In this document: positions 28,785 to 37,979 of the stretch, one piece after another
How positions within the stretch are numbered: position 1 is the first letter of the stretch
Layout of the letters: each line of letters begins with the position of its first letter
Source: an uncultured delta proteobacterium
Lineage (GTDB): Bacteria; Myxococcota_A; Polyangia; Polyangiales; B10-G4
Reading direction: 5' to 3'
NCBI GenBank assembly: GCA_963727445.1
Contig: CAVSGI010000012.1
Location: 128,001 to 192,000 of the forward strand
Length of the DNA stretch: 64,000 nucleotides
Translations under genes and position numbers: made by a program
Notes under the pieces: model-generated
Seen by the model: the letters and a program-made list of their open reading frames with translations, nothing else
Database searches by the model: none
Told to the model about the DNA's origin: nothing

Positions 28785-29372
28785 TCACACCCCGTACGCG
28801 CACAGCTCGTTCGGGGGACGTCCTGCGAGAAGGGGTACGCACATCCCGAGGACCATGCCTTCGATGCAGGTCTGGGCGGCCGCGTCGACGGTGATGCCGG
28901 AGCTCGGGCCTTCGGCGATGTCGGTGACGATGCCGTCGGCGTCGACGGTGATCTGAAGGCAGAGCTGAGCGCCCTCCGTCGGCGTGACGCCGCAGCTGGC
29001 ACCGAGTGAAACGAGCGTGCTCAGTCCCCACTCGAGCTCGGTGCAGCCTGCGTCCGTGGCGCTCGCGTCAGCGTGAGCGTCGGCCCCACCACCGTCGTTC
29101 GGGAGACAGCACTCCTGAGAACATCCGCCGCATTCGGCGCAAGGCTGGGGGCAGCGCGCGAGGATCGGGTCGGCGGTGCTGCCGCCGGCGCAGGAGCCGA
29201 CACAGCCGCACGTACCGCCGAGCTCTTCGCAGCTGAGCACGACGCCGGTGTCGGTGGCGGGGGGAGAGGCGTCCATGCCGGTGTCACGGCCCGCGTCGGA
29301 ATCGGAACCTCCTCCGCAGGAGAGCGTCAGGAGGAGCGCGAGCGTCGGCAGGCGGTTCATCTCGTTCATCAT
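28785..29372 (-). CDS. Cys-rich lipoprotein
   Basis: Lipobox TLSC, DAG linkers, Cys clusters. Confidence 0.6.
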   Translation of the reverse strand: MMNEMNRLPTLALLLTLSCGGGSDSDAGRDTGMDASPPATDTGVVLSCEELGGTCGCVGSCAGGSTADPILARCPQPCAECGGCSQECCLPNDGGGADAHADASATDAGCTELEWGLSTLVSLGASCGVTPTEGAQLCLQITVDADGIVTDIAEGPSSGITVDAAAQTCIEGMVLGMCVPLLAGRPPNELCAYGV

Positions 29373-29786
29373 ACGCGAATCTCCCCACCCTGAATTACGG
29401 CGTTGGGCAGGCCGCTCCATCGAGTCGCGGTCGTCGTGTTGGCGCGCGAACGTGCTGTTGACGGGCGTCGGGAGTCGCGATTCGATGGACCACGAGTGGG
29501 TCGGAGAGCGAAAGCTACCCACGTGTCCCTCGCGGTCGGGTTTCTTGTGCTCGGGACCACTCTCGATGCGTCCGCGCAACGCCTCGTTCCGGTGGCTCCC
29601 GAGGACGTGCCGGCCGAGGCTCTACGGCACGCCATGGGTTGCGACCGGCCCACGCGAGCAGTCGACGAGGCGCGCTCACGCTCCGTCGGCCCCATGCCGC
29701 GCATCGCGTGAGCTCCGAGAACGATTGGGTGAGCCAAGAGATGCGCTCGGTGGAGGCGCGGATGGTGCGGCGCCAATCGCAGGCCG

Positions 29787-29905
29787 GTGCTGGCGGATCT
29801 CGGCATCGCGCAGATCGACGGCTCCGGGTTCGGCCGCACGACCCGGGCCGGCTCGGTGGTCGGCACGCTCGGCTACATGGCTCCGGAGCAGGCGGCCGGG
29901 GCGAC
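29787..29905 (+). pseudogene. Ser/Thr kinase fragment (subdomains VII-VIII)
   Basis: VLADLGIAQIDGSGFGRTTRAGSVVGTLGYMAPEQAAG with no flanking kinase subdomains. Confidence 0.7.
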
Positions 29906-29949
29906 CGCTCGCCTCGCGCGTCCCGTCCGTCCGACTTGGGGCGGTGGCA

Positions 29950-30098
29950 GACCGAAGTCCGACCCATCGCGCGATGACCTCGAGAGCGGTTCGCCTCCGG
30001 GGACCGAAGTCCGACCCATCGCGCGATGACTTCGAGAGCGGTTCGCCTCCGGGGACCGAAGTCCGACCCATCGCGCGATGACTTCGAGAGCGGTTCGC
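29950..30098. repeat. 52-bp tandem repeat, ~2.9 copies, with internal palindrome
   Basis: Unit GACCGAAGTCCGACCCATCGCGCGATGACTTCGAGAGCGGTTCGCCTCCGGG starts at 29950, 30002 and 30054; contains the perfect palindrome CATCGCGCGATG. Confidence 0.95.
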
Positions 30099-30323
30099 AC
30101 ACGCATTGGGGCGAGCCACAGGTCGCCGACCGCGCGATCTGTGAGATCGGTCGTTTCGAGTGGTCGACTGCTGGCTTGCCACGGATGGGGGCTGGGCGCG
30201 TGACGAGGCCGCGAGCGAGATGCTCTACGGTCGCCGCATCTCCGTCGCTCGGGCCATCGCCTCGCTGCGACGGCACTTCCGCGCGGAGTGAGGGAGGGTC
30301 GACGAAAAAAAGTCATCCGTCGG

Positions 30324-30350
30324 TGTCGATTCCGTCCACTGTCGCTCGTC
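30324..30350 (+). promoter_or_regulatory. Putative ECF42-type promoter
   Basis: TGTCGA-N17-CGTC upstream of a DGPF/YciI gene, matching the ECF42 promoter pattern as I recall it. Confidence 0.55.
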
Positions 30351-30421
30351 GCCTGATCAGAGGGTGCCGGAGTCCCGAGTCGGCGTGGGGTCGGCCAAAG
30401 CGGCTTGCGAGGAGAAACGAC

Positions 30422-31150
30422 ATGAAATTCATGGTGATGCACAAGCACGACAAGCGCACCGAAGCAGGTCAGATGCCGTCTGCCGAGTTCATCGCGGCCA
30501 TGGGAGCGCTCGTAGGAGGCATGGCCAAGAGTGGCAAGTTGCTCGACGGCGAGGGGCTCGGCGCCAGCAAGTCACGTTCGCGCCTCACGTTCGAGAACGG
30601 GGAGCGGACCGTGCTCCATGGGCCGTTCAGCGGGAGCAACGAGCTGCCGGCGGGCTTCGCCAAGATCACGGTTCGGTCGCGCGACGAAGCCATCGCGGCC
30701 GCCACGAAGATCGGCGAAGCCATCGGCGGCGACCTGGAGATCGAAGTCGGCAAGATCCACGAAGCGTGGGACCTGGGCCTATGCGACCAGCCGCCGGACG
30801 CCCCCGAGCGCTACCTCATCGTTCACAAGGCCACTCCGAACTCCGAAGCCGGAAAGGTCCCGGACCTCGACGAGGTCATGAGGGAGATGAGCCGTCAGGG
30901 CATTCTGAACGCGTCGGCGACACTCGCGCCCTCCTCGCGCGCGAAGCGGCTCACGTGGCGAGGTGGCAAGCACACGACCGTCGACGGGCCTTTCGCCGAA
31001 TCGAAGGAGCTGATCGGTGGCTATGCGATCCTCGACCTCACGTCCATCGACGAGTGCCTCGCGTTCACGCACCAGTACGCCGAGCTTCTACTGACGGCTC
31101 AGGATACCCTCGAAATCGACATCCGCCCCGTCGACAAAGCGTCGCTCTAA
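30422..31150 (+). CDS. YciI/DGPF family protein (two tandem domains)
   Basis: MKFMVM..., HGPFSGSNELPAGF and DGPFAESKELIGGY, IDIRPV. Confidence 0.9.
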   Translation: MKFMVMHKHDKRTEAGQMPSAEFIAAMGALVGGMAKSGKLLDGEGLGASKSRSRLTFENGERTVLHGPFSGSNELPAGFAKITVRSRDEAIAAATKIGEAIGGDLEIEVGKIHEAWDLGLCDQPPDAPERYLIVHKATPNSEAGKVPDLDEVMREMSRQGILNASATLAPSSRAKRLTWRGGKHTTVDGPFAESKELIGGYAILDLTSIDECLAFTHQYAELLLTAQDTLEIDIRPVDKASL

Positions 31151-31408
31151 GTGCCTGGTCCAATGACGTAGAAGGGTTCTCGCTCGTTCGTCGGCCGCCT
31201 CGCGGCGTCGGGAAACCTCGAATGTGCGCTGCATGTCCTTCGGTTTCCCTCCTTGCGACGCCACCGACGCCCGTCGCGATCTCCCCTTCCACCTCATTGG
31301 ACCAGGCACTAGCGCCGGCGCCCGTGTTTCACGGGGACGGAGGCGCTCGTCTTCAGAGTCTCGTAAGGTGGCCGATGCAGGATGAGGGCATCTTCAGTGG
31401 AGGTGCCC

Positions 31409-31840
31409 ATGGCTCGATACGTGTTCGCGACCGTCTTTTCCCTGCTGCTTCTCCCCGGCCTCGCCCGAGCCCAGGACGCCCCCCGCGGCCGCGGCGGCCC
31501 GGACGTGGACCGCATCCTCGCCCGCATGGAGCAACGACTCGAGGCGATGAAGGGCCCCCTGAGCCTCAGCCAGCAGCAGGAGAACCAGATTCGGCAGGCA
31601 CTCCGGCAAGGGGCGGATGAGGCCCGCCAGGTGCTGCGCCAGCATCCGGACCAGAGCCCGGAGCGCCGTGAAGCCCTGAAGCAGGTGCGATGGAACACGT
31701 CGGATCGCGTCCACGCCATTTTGAGCTGCGAGCAGCGCGAGCAGCTGCGACGCCTTCGCCGCGAGCAGCGCAGCGAGCGACGCCAGAACCGCCGCACACG
31801 CCGCCGGAGGCGAGGCTCGCCAGGCGGCGGCGGCATCTGA
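31409..31840 (+). CDS. Periplasmic Spy/CpxP-like protein
   Basis: Signal peptide; LSLSQQQENQI and ILSCEQREQL (LTxxQ-like) motifs; lies upstream of the two-component system. Confidence 0.65.
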   Translation: MARYVFATVFSLLLLPGLARAQDAPRGRGGPDVDRILARMEQRLEAMKGPLSLSQQQENQIRQALRQGADEARQVLRQHPDQSPERREALKQVRWNTSDRVHAILSCEQREQLRRLRREQRSERRQNRRTRRRRRGSPGGGGI

Positions 31841-31858
31841 CATCATCCCGGGTCGACG

Positions 31859-32524
31859 ATGGCGGATCGCATTCTTCTGGTGGAGGACGACGCGAAGCTC
31901 GGCGCTCAGATCGTGGAGCACCTCGAGGCGGAGGGGTTCGTCGTTCGCTGGATCAAGAACGGCGACGAGGCCAGGAACGCGGACCTCGACGTCCTGTCCC
32001 TCGTCATCCTCGACCTGATGCTCCCCGGCACCTACGGGATGGACCTGCTCAAGATCTATCGCGACCGATCCGACGTCCCGGTGCTGATCCTGAGCGCGCG
32101 CAACGAGACCGCGGACAAGGTGCGCGGGCTCAAGCTCGGCGCCGACGACTACGTGACCAAGCCTTTCTGGCCCGAGGAGCTGGTGGCGCGGGTCACGGCG
32201 CGCCTGAGGCGACCCATCCTGTCGCGCGGTGACGTACTGACGGTGGGGCCCTTTCAGATCGACACCGGCGCTCGCACGGCTGAGATCGAGGGCGAGCGTC
32301 TCGAGCTGACGCCGTCCGAGTACGACATCCTCGCGACGCTCGCGCGAAGGCCGGACAACGCCATCACCCGGACGGCGCTGGTCGAGGCCGCCCTCGACCT
32401 CGGCTCCGAGCGCACCCTCGACGTCCATGTCTCGCGGCTCCGCAAGAAGCTCGGCGACCGCGGCAAGCACATCGAGACCGTCTGGGGCATCGGCTACCGC
32501 CTCGCTTCCAAGCTCGAGGAGTGA
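31859..32524 (+). CDS. OmpR-family response regulator
   Basis: LLVEDD, ILDLMLP, GADDYVTKPF, RTLDVHVSRLRKKL, TVWGIGY. Confidence 0.95.
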   Translation: MADRILLVEDDAKLGAQIVEHLEAEGFVVRWIKNGDEARNADLDVLSLVILDLMLPGTYGMDLLKIYRDRSDVPVLILSARNETADKVRGLKLGADDYVTKPFWPEELVARVTARLRRPILSRGDVLTVGPFQIDTGARTAEIEGERLELTPSEYDILATLARRPDNAITRTALVEAALDLGSERTLDVHVSRLRKKLGDRGKHIETVWGIGYRLASKLEE

Positions 32525-32528
32525 GGCC

Positions 32529-34028
32529 GTGAAGCTCCGGCTGAAGGGCCGTCTGGCCCTCACTCTGGCGGTGGCCATCGTGCCCTTCGCCGTCGTGGTC
32601 GCGCTCTTTCAGGTGCGCGCGCAGAGGAACGCCTTCGAGGAGCAGACCGCCGGGCTCGTCCGCGAGCGCATGATCACCACGGAGCGTGTCGCCTGCGAGT
32701 CGAACCCGGAGATCTGGCCGATGGCGGCGCTGCCTCCGCCCGCTTTCCGACCGCCAGGGATGCGGAAGAATCGGGGACGCTTCACCGAGCAGCGGCGGCA
32801 GCGCTTCGAGCGGCGCATGCAGCGCATCCAGCGCGAGATGGAACGTCGGGCTCCCGAGCTCGCCTACTTCGCGTACGGGCCGGATTTCCAGAGCGAGAAC
32901 CCCGAAGCGCCACCTTTCCCCGGGGAGCTGGCAAGAGAGCTCGATGAGGGCGAGCTCCAGGCGAGCATCGCGGCCCCGGAGCACGAAGGGATGCAGCTCG
33001 TCGCAGCGCGCATGCCCTGGGATGACGGACCTTGTTCCATCGTCCTCGTTCGCCGGCCGGGGGTTCGCGCGGGCGTGGTGTTCCGGCGCGCGCTGGTCCC
33101 GGCGCTCCTCATGTCGCTCCTCGCGGTGGTCATCGCCATCTTCGCCGCCGCGCCCATCGTGCGACGTATCAACCGGCTCACCTCGGCGGTCCGCGCGGCG
33201 GACGACGCGCCCGACGCCACGGTCGAAGTGAAGGGCAGCGACGAGATCGCCGACCTGTCGCGTGCCTTCGACGAGCGGCGCGCGCGCATTCGCGAGCACG
33301 TGGCGGCGATCGAGGCGCGCGACGAGACCCTGCGCAGCTACGTCGCCAACACCACTCACGACGTCATGCTGCCTCTCACCGTGATCCAGGGTCATCTGGC
33401 CACCCTCGAGCGCGATGTCGACGCGGGGAAGGACGTGGACCCCTCGCGCATCGCCCAGGCCCTCGAGGAGTGCCACTACCTCGGCTCCCTGGTCCACAAC
33501 CTCAACGTGGCGGCGAAGCTGGAGACCGGCGAGGCCGCAGCGGAGATGCACGAGGTGGATCTCGACGACGTGGTCGAGCGGGTGATCGGACGGAACTCCC
33601 CCTACGCCTCCAAACGAGACGTGAGCCTCGATCACGCCGTCCCGGAATCTCCGACCCTCATCACCGCGGACGTCACTTTGATTGAGCAGGCCATCGGCAA
33701 CGTCGTGCACAACGCCATTCGCTACAACAAGGCCGGCGGTCACGTGGCGGTGGTCCTCGAGGCCCACGACGGACGCTTCGAGGTGCGCGTCATGGATGAC
33801 GGTCCCGGGCTACCCGAGGCCGAGCTCTCACGCATCACCGAGCGCGGTTTCCGGGGTGACCACGCGCGGACCCGTCATCCCACGGGCACCGGCCTCGGTC
33901 TTTCAATCACCAAGGACGTGTGCCTGCGCCACGGCTTCGACCTGGCCTTCCAAAGGCCCGAGGAGGGCGGGCTCACGGTGACGATCGCGGGCCCGCTCGG
34001 CTCACCTCACTCGCACACACCCTCGTAG
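32529..34028 (+). CDS. HAMP-domain sensor histidine kinase
   Basis: Two TM segments, HAMP, H-box THDVMLPLT, N-box NAIRYN, DDGPG, GTGLGLSI. Confidence 0.9.
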   Translation: MKLRLKGRLALTLAVAIVPFAVVVALFQVRAQRNAFEEQTAGLVRERMITTERVACESNPEIWPMAALPPPAFRPPGMRKNRGRFTEQRRQRFERRMQRIQREMERRAPELAYFAYGPDFQSENPEAPPFPGELARELDEGELQASIAAPEHEGMQLVAARMPWDDGPCSIVLVRRPGVRAGVVFRRALVPALLMSLLAVVIAIFAAAPIVRRINRLTSAVRAADDAPDATVEVKGSDEIADLSRAFDERRARIREHVAAIEARDETLRSYVANTTHDVMLPLTVIQGHLATLERDVDAGKDVDPSRIAQALEECHYLGSLVHNLNVAAKLETGEAAAEMHEVDLDDVVERVIGRNSPYASKRDVSLDHAVPESPTLITADVTLIEQAIGNVVHNAIRYNKAGGHVAVVLEAHDGRFEVRVMDDGPGLPEAELSRITERGFRGDHARTRHPTGTGLGLSITKDVCLRHGFDLAFQRPEEGGLTVTIAGPLGSPHSHTPS

Positions 34029-35950
34029 CCACAGCGAAAGTCGCGGGCGACCTCGGGGCTGGGGGTCGCGAGGAAGGGGAGGATGTCCTCCGGGAGGACG
34101 GACTGGACCGCCTCGCGGTGCTCGGGGGCCACGTCGATGGCGCCCGGGTAGACCGTGACGTAGACCGAGCGCTCCACGTAGGCCAGCTGCGCCGCGTCGA
34201 GCTCGCTCCCGTCGAACCAGCCGTGGCCGTCCACGCTCGCGGTGTAGCGATCGTAGAAGGCGCGCTCCTCCGGGTGCTCCTGGCTGTCGACGTTCGCCAT
34301 CGCGTAGAGGTGCGCGAGGAGCGCCATCCGGTGCCGGGGCATCGAGCGCTGGAATTCGTTCTCGGCGCAGCGGATCGCGTTGCGCTGGATGTTGTCGTCG
34401 CTCCGCGCCGCTGCCAGGTCGCGCGAGTGCCGGATGCGCTCGTCCGAGGACAGGTGCATCCAGGTGCTCTCGTCGGTGCGGTAAGGCTTGTTCATCATCG
34501 CCATGTAGAGGTTCTTCTCGCGCTCGGCGAGCTCACCGTCGGCCCAGATCATGGCCTGGAAGGCCTCGAACATGCAGTCGCGGGGCGCTGGCGCCGCGAG
34601 GTAGCTGGTGCCGTCCATCATCATGTCGGCGAACCAACGCTTCGCGGTGGTCTCGACGTGCCGGCCGACGCCGATGGTCGCCGCGTAGTCGAGCGCGCCC
34701 GAGGCCAGAACCGCGAGGCCCAGGGTGGCGTAACCGAGGAGCTGCGAGCCGACGCCCCGGGCGCCCTCGCGAAGCGCCGCCTCGGCGATCTGCTCCTGCG
34801 ACCTGCGGGAGAAGATACGCAGCAGCAGGGTCACGGAGCGCTGGGCGAGCTCGTGCTCGAGCTCGTGCAAGGGAAGCGTCAGGCCGAGGCGCCGAGCGAC
34901 GGCGCGGGCCACGATGGGCATCACCGCGTTGGCGGCGAAGACGTCTGCGATCTCGGTGAGCGTGCCGACGGTCATCACCATCAGGCTCACGGTGAAGAGG
35001 TTGCGGCCCTCACGGATGTCCCAGCCGTGAACGGCGGCGATCTCGAAGGCCATCTGCGCGTGGAGCTGGAAGAGCTTGTAGGTCTCGTGGGCGATGCTGA
35101 TCGGCACACCGGCGATGGGGATGAGCGATTCGGCACCGGCGACCACGCCGACCTGGGCTGCGGCCCACTTGTAGTGGTCGATGATGCGGTCGACCTGCTC
35201 GTCGCGCGAGAGCCCGAGGGGGATCACGATGTCGTGATCGGGATCGTAGGTGCCGAAGTTCGTGGCGTTGACGACGTTGTAGTCGCGCTCGAGGACGCCG
35301 CTCGCCTCGAGCATCCAGGCGTAGGCCTTGCCCATCGCTCCGTCCTCGCGGATCAGGTTCAGGCTCTCCTGCATCCCCGCGGTGAAGAAGGGGTTGTCGG
35401 CACCGGTGTCGCTGCCGCCGCCACCGCCGCCGTCGGCTGGATCGTCGGCGGAGCCCTCGAGGTCGTGCTCGGCGCGGCGCCCGACGGGGACCATGTTCGC
35501 GGCGTAGTGCGTGGCGCGCACGCGGTGCATGACGCTGTGCTCGATCTCGGCGAGCTGACCGATGGCGTCCTCGGGAAGCATGTCGTCCGGAAGCGTCGCG
35601 ACTTCTCCTGCGACGCGGTCGAGCTCCGCCCGCTCTTCGTCGGTCAGCTTGTGATCGAGCTGCCGGGCGAGATCGACGATGGTGCCGAGCGCGGTCGGCA
35701 TGTGCCCCTGGTGGAGATACACGTCGTTTTCGACGCGCATCATCAGGCGCATCGTGTCTTGGTCGGCGCTGTTCCAGCAGAGGTCGCTCGAAGGATCGCA
35801 ACCACCTTCGTCGGCCTTGGACCCGATCCCGAAGTCGAGCTCTTCCTCTTCCGTGGCCTCCGTCGGCGCGGCACATGCCCCCGCCAGCACCGCCACGATC
35901 AGTAGCGAACGAATGGACGTGCTGCGATTCTGCTTGGGTCGGTGGGTCAT
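34007..35950 (-). CDS. Lipoprotein with EcsC-like and tandem TerB-like domains
   Basis: Lipobox AGAC, GSKAD motif; EIAAVHGWD (EcsC-like); MIWADGELAERE and MANVDSQEHPEE (TerB-like). Confidence 0.6.
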   Translation of the reverse strand: MTHRPKQNRSTSIRSLLIVAVLAGACAAPTEATEEEELDFGIGSKADEGGCDPSSDLCWNSADQDTMRLMMRVENDVYLHQGHMPTALGTIVDLARQLDHKLTDEERAELDRVAGEVATLPDDMLPEDAIGQLAEIEHSVMHRVRATHYAANMVPVGRRAEHDLEGSADDPADGGGGGGSDTGADNPFFTAGMQESLNLIREDGAMGKAYAWMLEASGVLERDYNVVNATNFGTYDPDHDIVIPLGLSRDEQVDRIIDHYKWAAAQVGVVAGAESLIPIAGVPISIAHETYKLFQLHAQMAFEIAAVHGWDIREGRNLFTVSLMVMTVGTLTEIADVFAANAVMPIVARAVARRLGLTLPLHELEHELAQRSVTLLLRIFSRRSQEQIAEAALREGARGVGSQLLGYATLGLAVLASGALDYAATIGVGRHVETTAKRWFADMMMDGTSYLAAPAPRDCMFEAFQAMIWADGELAEREKNLYMAMMNKPYRTDESTWMHLSSDERIRHSRDLAAARSDDNIQRNAIRCAENEFQRSMPRHRMALLAHLYAMANVDSQEHPEERAFYDRYTASVDGHGWFDGSELDAAQLAYVERSVYVTVYPGAIDVAPEHREAVQSVLPEDILPFLATPSPEVARDFRCGYEGVCE

Positions 35951-35977
35951 GCTCGTCTCTGCTCCGAGCCCCCACTT

Positions 35978-35993
35978 TTCATGGGTCGTGCCA
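35978..35993 (-). promoter_or_regulatory. Possible sigma54-like promoter (variant -12 box)
   Basis: Minus strand reads TGGCACGACCCATGAA (GG-N10-GA), about 28 nt upstream of ATG 35950. Confidence 0.4.
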
Positions 35994-36094
35994 GACGAGA
36001 CCGCCCGTAATCATGGACGAAGTGCGCTCGCCAGCGGAAGCTCGCCTAGCCGATTTCCGCCGATCGGCTCCTGGCTCGGCCACCCCGGGCGGGC

Positions 36095-36976
36095 TCAGAG
36101 GCGCGTGCGGGCCCAGGCGATGCGCGACGCGTTGCCGGTCCGATAGGCACCGTCGCCGCCATTTTCCACGATGCGCATGAGCACGGCGTCGGGGTGGTGG
36201 TCGAGGTCGGTGCTCGGGAGGTCCTCTGAAACATGGTCGAGCTCACCGAGGTCCCGCATGGAGACGATCTCCCAGCCCGAGACCTCCCCCCGGCGCACGC
36301 GTCGCAGGAAACGACCGAGGCGGTGAAGGCGGACGGAAGCGACCAGGGTCAGGAGCGATCCCACGGCGACGATGAAGCCGAGCAAGTACGGGAGCGCTCC
36401 GAAGGGGAACGCGAAGAGCATGCCGAAGAGGGACGCGACGGCGAGGGTGCCAGAGGTCGCGCGCATGGCGCGGTCGGGGCCGTCGAGGGTCGGCTCCTGA
36501 CGAAGCTCGGCCACGACGTACATCGGGCCGACCAGCGCCACGGCCCACAAGGCGCCGAGCGGCAAGGAGTAGATCAGACCGAAGACGGCCGACAGGAAGA
36601 CCGCTCCCACGAGATCGCCGGGCCCCATGTGGCCGCCCAGGGCCGACACCGCGGTGAAGCACGCGGGGCAGTTGAGCGCCGCGAAGAGCATCGCCGCACC
36701 GAAGGTGGCGAGGGCGACCGTACCAGGGGTCTTGGCGCGAAGGGCGAGGCGAAGCGCCGCGTAGGTCAGCGCGCCGGTGATCGTTCCGATCGCGACGAGC
36801 TGCGCCGTGGAGAAGGGCGCGCCGAAGAGCCCGTGGGAGAAGACGCTGCCGATGACGACGACGCCGATCAGCCCGCTCACCACCGAGAAGGGCCAGACGA
36901 CCCAGCCCTCGAGCCTGCGCGTCACTCCGGTCCGTGTGGGACTGTGGATCATCCTTCGCTCGTCATACGCTCGCAT
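36095..36976 (-). CDS. Multi-pass membrane protein
   Basis: About 6 TM segments; C-terminal GAYR motif; paralog of the upstream gene. Confidence 0.6.
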   Translation of the reverse strand: MRAYDERRMIHSPTRTGVTRRLEGWVVWPFSVVSGLIGVVVIGSVFSHGLFGAPFSTAQLVAIGTITGALTYAALRLALRAKTPGTVALATFGAAMLFAALNCPACFTAVSALGGHMGPGDLVGAVFLSAVFGLIYSLPLGALWAVALVGPMYVVAELRQEPTLDGPDRAMRATSGTLAVASLFGMLFAFPFGALPYLLGFIVAVGSLLTLVASVRLHRLGRFLRRVRRGEVSGWEIVSMRDLGELDHVSEDLPSTDLDHHPDAVLMRIVENGGDGAYRTGNASRIAWARTRL

Positions 36977-37857
36977 CGACTGCCTCATTCCCGAGCGAGA
37001 TCGCCCACAACACCCGGGCTTCGGGCTCGCGATAGGTCGCCGAGCTCTCCGGGACCCGAACCAGGAGCACATTCGGCCGCACATCGGCGTCGCGATGGAT
37101 GCAGAGGAGCTCGGGGACCGCGGATTCGGGATGTTCGCGGAGCATCCAGCCCCGCTCCGCACCCGCGGCCACCCGGGCGAGCCAGCGCCTGGTTCGGTGA
37201 AGCGGAGATCGCGGCGCCGATGAAGGCGGCGATCGAGAGGAGGGTACCGATGAAGAAGACGGCGGGCGGCACGACGGGGGCGTCGAGGGTGGTGGCGAGC
37301 CCGCCCGCGATGAGCATCCCTGCTGCGAGCGTGAGCGCCACGCCGCGCAGGGCGCGTGCGGGAGTGTCGATCGTGGGCCGTCTTCGTAGCGCGCCGAGGC
37401 GCGCCATCACGGGCGCCAGCATGACGCCGTAGATGCCGCCGAAGGGCAGGGCGACGAAGGCCCCGAGAAACAAGCCGAGGACCGGCGACCACAGGATGGT
37501 GCGAAACCCATCGGAGACCTCGGATGCGTGGGTGACGGACCACGCGAAGAGGCACGCGGGCGAGTTCAACCATCCGAAGGCGAGACACAGAACAGTCGTG
37601 CGCCGGCTGATGCTTTCCGCGGACAGGGCGAGGTTGAGCGCGGCCATCGTCATCCCGGCGGTGATGCACCCGTACATCACGTGCTCCCACGCCGGGACCA
37701 TCACCTCGCAGAGACAGTCGTGCGAGAACTCTGCCCACCCCCGACGAAGTGGCGCGATCAACAGGGCGCCGACCAGACCTCCCGTGAGCCCCAACGGCAC
37801 CACGCCCAGCCACCAGATCCGTCGCCGCATCTCGTCGGGAGTCGAAGGGCCCACCAT
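36963..37857 (-). CDS. Multi-pass membrane protein paralog with apparent frameshift at ~37205
   Basis: Shares LN[CS]PAC and PT[LI]D motifs with its neighbour. Removing one base restores LHRTRRWLARVAAG..GW..ATYR, matching the neighbour's LHRLGRFLRRVRRG..GW..GAYR. Confidence 0.55.
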
Positions 37858-37979
37858 CTCTCCTGTATGGCCGACAGCTCGGCGCGCCGCCGGTATTCCC
37901 CGGTGAGCGGTCGTGGCCGCGTCGCGAACGGTCTCTGGCCGAAAACGACCGGGGCCGACCTTTGCTATTCTGAGGCGGC

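Noticed and set aside
29950..30098. Mini-CRISPR
   Set aside because: The units are near-identical over their full length and have no spacers.
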